Assembly (NCBI RefSeq): GCF_006345805.1
Contig: NW_021836065.1
Span: 1-25,243, forward strand
Reading direction: 5' to 3'
DNA from: Octopus sinensis
Lineage: Eukaryota
Length of the DNA: 25,243 bases
Shown here: one piece after another, positions 22,417 through 25,243 of the stretch
How positions within the stretch are numbered: position 1 is the stretch's first letter
Layout: every line of letters begins with the position of its first letter
Position numbers and translations under genes: made by a program
Notes under the pieces: model-generated
What the model saw: the letters and a program-made list of their open reading frames with translations, nothing else
Database searches by the model: none
Told to the model about the DNA's origin: nothing

Positions 22417-22790
22417 ACATCTACATCCAAGACTGGGACCACGGGCCATACGTCCCCTGCCCAATTCAAGTTCACAGCATACATGTACACTGCAACATAA
22501 TTTCTTTCTTCCTCAACAGGCCCTGTCCTATTTAACATTGTCCCGAAAGAGATCAAAGAGGAAAAGGATCCCATCAACTTTAAATGGTGTCTGGATATGA
22601 TTCCTTCAAAGAATACCAGATAAGCACCCATAATTGGATACAACTCACCCAACAAAAACTCACTACTTGAATGGACCATAAACACAAAACTTGACTTAAA
22701 CAGGATTCAAATAATCCTATCAGGTGGTGCTATTAAGTTAGACATGGCCTGGACCAATCTTGGTCGACACATATCTAAGTTTCTAAGTTA
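22417..22790 (+). mobile_element. CR1-group LINE, 3'-terminal fragment (second family)
   Basis: Frameshifted C-terminus HPRLGPRAIRP...TGPVLFNIVPKEIKEEKDPINFKWCLD...GYNSPNKNSLLEW, 3' motif GGTGGTGC..CATGGCC, and a (TCTAAGT) repeat tail at 22774-22788. Confidence 0.8.
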
Positions 22791-22892
22791 TATATATTAT
22801 ATATATATAAATAATAAATATTAGGGAAGAATCCAAATTTACAGGGAAAAAAAATCAGATTTAGGATTAAATCCAATTTTATAGTAAATATT

Positions 22893-23020
22893 TATAAAAT
22901 ATTATTAGAGACAAAACCACATTTTGCAAAACAAACAAGGAAAGACTTAATCAATACATAAAATTTAATAAATAGTCAAAAAAAACCGCCACTACAATTG
23001 TTTACACACATACATCAGGC
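22893..23020 (-). repeat. Left arm of inverted pair 2, starting with a degenerate hammerhead
   Basis: 22893-23003 is the reverse complement of 23559-23669 with few mismatches. Minus strand reads CTGATGT..TAAA-CAATTG-TA-GTGG. Confidence 0.8.
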
Positions 23021-23530
23021 CATACAGGAAATAAAATAAATGACGGAACAAACATGGGGAAAAATATAGGGAATATAAAACAATATCCAAAATTAAGCTA
23101 CGAGGTAAAAAAGCTATAAGTTTTCCCTTGAAAATAGAAGAATTAAATGTCACTTATTCAACGGCATGTCTACGAAGCAAACCCGCGCCTTCTTTACACG
23201 AGACATCATCTGACAATGTGTGTAAAAGGGATTATGCCGACTCTTTAACAACACTTTGGATAATACTTACCTCGTTAACGCAGAAGGATGTTGACATGAC
23301 TACAGCATCCCATCAGCCGGTTTCGATTGTTATACTATCGTTCTTTTTTAACTGTGGATTATGTTTTGCACCAATAAGAGAAATAGATATAACAGATTCG
23401 GAATCGAAATAGAAAGAAAAACAGAAAAAGAAAATCGAGAGCGAATCGGTAATTTCATCGACAAATCAAATATGATATTTTCATGTAAAGTGTTCTGCTT
23501 GAGTCTTTTTCGGAGACGAAGATTGGAAGT

Positions 23531-23573
23531 CCACCTGAAGATTGTCGATCAAGACAAGAAACAATTGTAGTGG
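23531..23573 (+). ncRNA. Type I hammerhead ribozyme with intact core (right arm of inverted pair 2)
   Basis: Stem I CCAC (23531-34)/GTGG (23570-73); CTGAAGA (23535-41); stem II TTGTC/GACAA with loop GATCAA; GAAA (23558-61); palindromic CAATTG; GTA triplet, predicted cleavage after 23569. Confidence 0.85.
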
Positions 23574-23680
23574 CGGTTTTTTTGACTATTCATTAAAATT
23601 TTATGTATTAATTAAGTCTTTCCTTGTTTGTTTTGCAAAATAGTGGTTTTGTCTAATAATATTTATATATAATATATATA

Positions 23681-23903
23681 TATAAAAGGAAATGAAGAAA
23701 ATGCTGACAAATAATTGAAGTAATTTAAGTAATTTAATTAGGTGAAAGTTCTTTTGCCGGTTGCGCATTTGTTATGCTTATCAAAATATATTTTGATAAG
23801 CATAACAAATGCGCAACCGGTAAAAAGAACTTTCACCTAATTAAATTACTTAAATTACTTCAATTATTTTGTCAGCATTTTCTTCATTTCCTTTTTTATA
23901 TAT
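23681..23903. repeat. Near-perfect spacerless palindrome with ~110-bp arms, flanked by TA runs
   Basis: Centre CAAAATA|TATTTTG at 23788/23789. Arms differ by one substitution and three small indels by manual comparison. Confidence 0.93.
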
Positions 23904-24040
23904 CACCACTCGTGTTCGACATCTCCTTTTTTAAATATATATATATATATATATATAGATATATATAAGGACATGTGAATCGTTGCCGATTTTTTTTTTT
24001 CCTCCGTCTTCCTTTTCTCTTAGACTTTCCTCTGTCTCCT

Positions 24041-24180
24041 GTTTCTGGAGAAGGGCTTTGCTCGAAACGAAAAACCACCTTTCTTTCGTTCCCTGAGCGT
24101 CTGCCAATAGCTTGCACGTACGAAGTCCTCGTATTGTTTTTTTTCTTGTGCTTGTTCTTCATTTTTCTTTTGGAATTTAC
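24041..24180 (+). mobile_element. Penelope-type terminal-repeat remnant starting with a degenerate hammerhead
   Basis: GTTT-CTGGAGA-AGGGC-ttt-GCTC-GAAA-CGAA-AAAC (24041-24075): stem I pairs but A6 and U16.1 are mutated. Followed by a T-rich stretch ending in (TA)n. Confidence 0.5.
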
Positions 24181-24215
<35 letters not shown>

Positions 24216-24992
24216 ATGTGTATATGTATATATACATACAGGCATACACACACGTACAGACATACATGCGTATAGAGGTATATCTTCAATGTGTTAAACA
24301 CTGATAATATGCAAATTAGCTGTTCCAATTCTCTGAAGTTAATGGATTTGTTGTGTATATAAACAGAACGATTACTTCTTCTGCTCGGTTTAGTCAAGTG
24401 ATGTAGACACCTCTAATGAGGCTGGCAAATTGATTACATATATATGAATGTGTATGTGTGTTTATATGTATATATATATATGTATGTATGTATATATATA
24501 TATATATATGTAGTATATATATATATAATATATATATATATATATCTATATATATACCTACAAACACATAGACACACACACACACACACCACACCACATA
24601 TAAATAATATATTCTGGCATAAACTACACCTCTAGACTTTGTTAGTCTTCTCCCTCAAACATTTCGCGCCTATAATCCAAAGCATAAGAATTGATTTCCA
24701 GACTCTAAAACTGCTGGCATCATAATTTTACCAAAATATCAAATTATCTTAATGTAGATTCTCACATTTGTTTCACACATTTCACTCTCACCAGATAACT
24801 ACCATGTAACCGATATTCCATTTCATACGAAGACTAATTATATATACATACATACCTATGTGTATGTGTGTGTGCGTGTATGTATGTATGTAGTATGTAT
24901 GTATGTATGTATGTATGTATGTATGTATGCATGTATGTATGCATGTATGTATGTATGTAGTATGTATCTATCTATCTATCTGTGTATATATA

Positions 24993-25031
<39 letters not shown>

Positions 25032-25032
25032 A
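24180..25032. repeat. (TA)n, (TG)n, (CA)n, (TATG)n tracts interspersed with unique sequence
   Basis: Direct reading: 24180-24245, 24440-24600, 24842-25032. Confidence 0.85.
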
Positions 25033-25061
25033 TACTTTATTAAAAAGCAGCAAAAAATCAC

Positions 25062-25151
25062 AAAAACTGTTACTCAGGAGTTGAGTTTCACGCTCCGTTC
25101 GTCGTCTAACAAAACTGTCGACGAACGAGAACGTGAAACTCTGAGTAACAG
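25062..25151. ncRNA. Compact inverted pair 3 of hammerhead-like motifs forming a ~90-nt hairpin
   Basis: Plus arm: CTGT-CGACGA-ACG-agaa-CGT-GAAA-CTCTGAG-TA-ACAG (25115-25151). Minus arm (25106-25062): ACGACGA-ACG-gag-CGT-GAAA-CTC-aactcct-GAG-TA-ACAG. Confidence 0.7.
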
Positions 25152-25243
25152 CTTTTGTTTCACATTTATGTGCTCCCGAAGTAGAGAAGAAACAGTACTG
25201 TACTGATATTTTTCTATTATTTTTATAATTTGTATTATTTATT

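Noticed and set aside
24318-24362. Octamer ATGCAAAT plus TATA as an snRNA- or histone-type promoter
   Set aside because: No downstream snRNA or histone sequence; such motifs are frequent by chance in AT-rich DNA.

Overview
AT-rich, repeat-saturated eukaryotic DNA. The SINE families point to an Octopus-like cephalopod (inferred from recalled families, not searched). No host protein-coding gene can be called with confidence; most predicted ORFs come from microsatellites or are antisense to retroelements. Supported content: (1) a near-full-length but frameshifted R4/Dong-clade LINE (RT, CCHC knuckle, restriction-like endonuclease), chained head-to-tail through (TAA)n tracts to a second 5'-truncated Dong-like LINE and to an unexplained 556-bp non-coding element; (2) two CR1-group LINE remnants whose 3' ends share a double-hairpin motif with the commonest SINE in the window; (3) about 15 tRNA-derived SINE copies or fragments of at least four types, including two with the same head but different tails; (4) eight type-I hammerhead-ribozyme-like motifs of the minimal Penelope-associated kind. 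Six of these hammerheads form three unrelated inverted, outward-facing pairs with no ORF between the arms, and one copy (23531-23573) has an intact catalytic core. These paired-ribozyme elements are the most unusual signal in the window. Also present: a near-perfect ~220-bp palindrome, a short inverted repeat, a palindromic 20-bp minisatellite and two speculative promoter/first-exon candidates.
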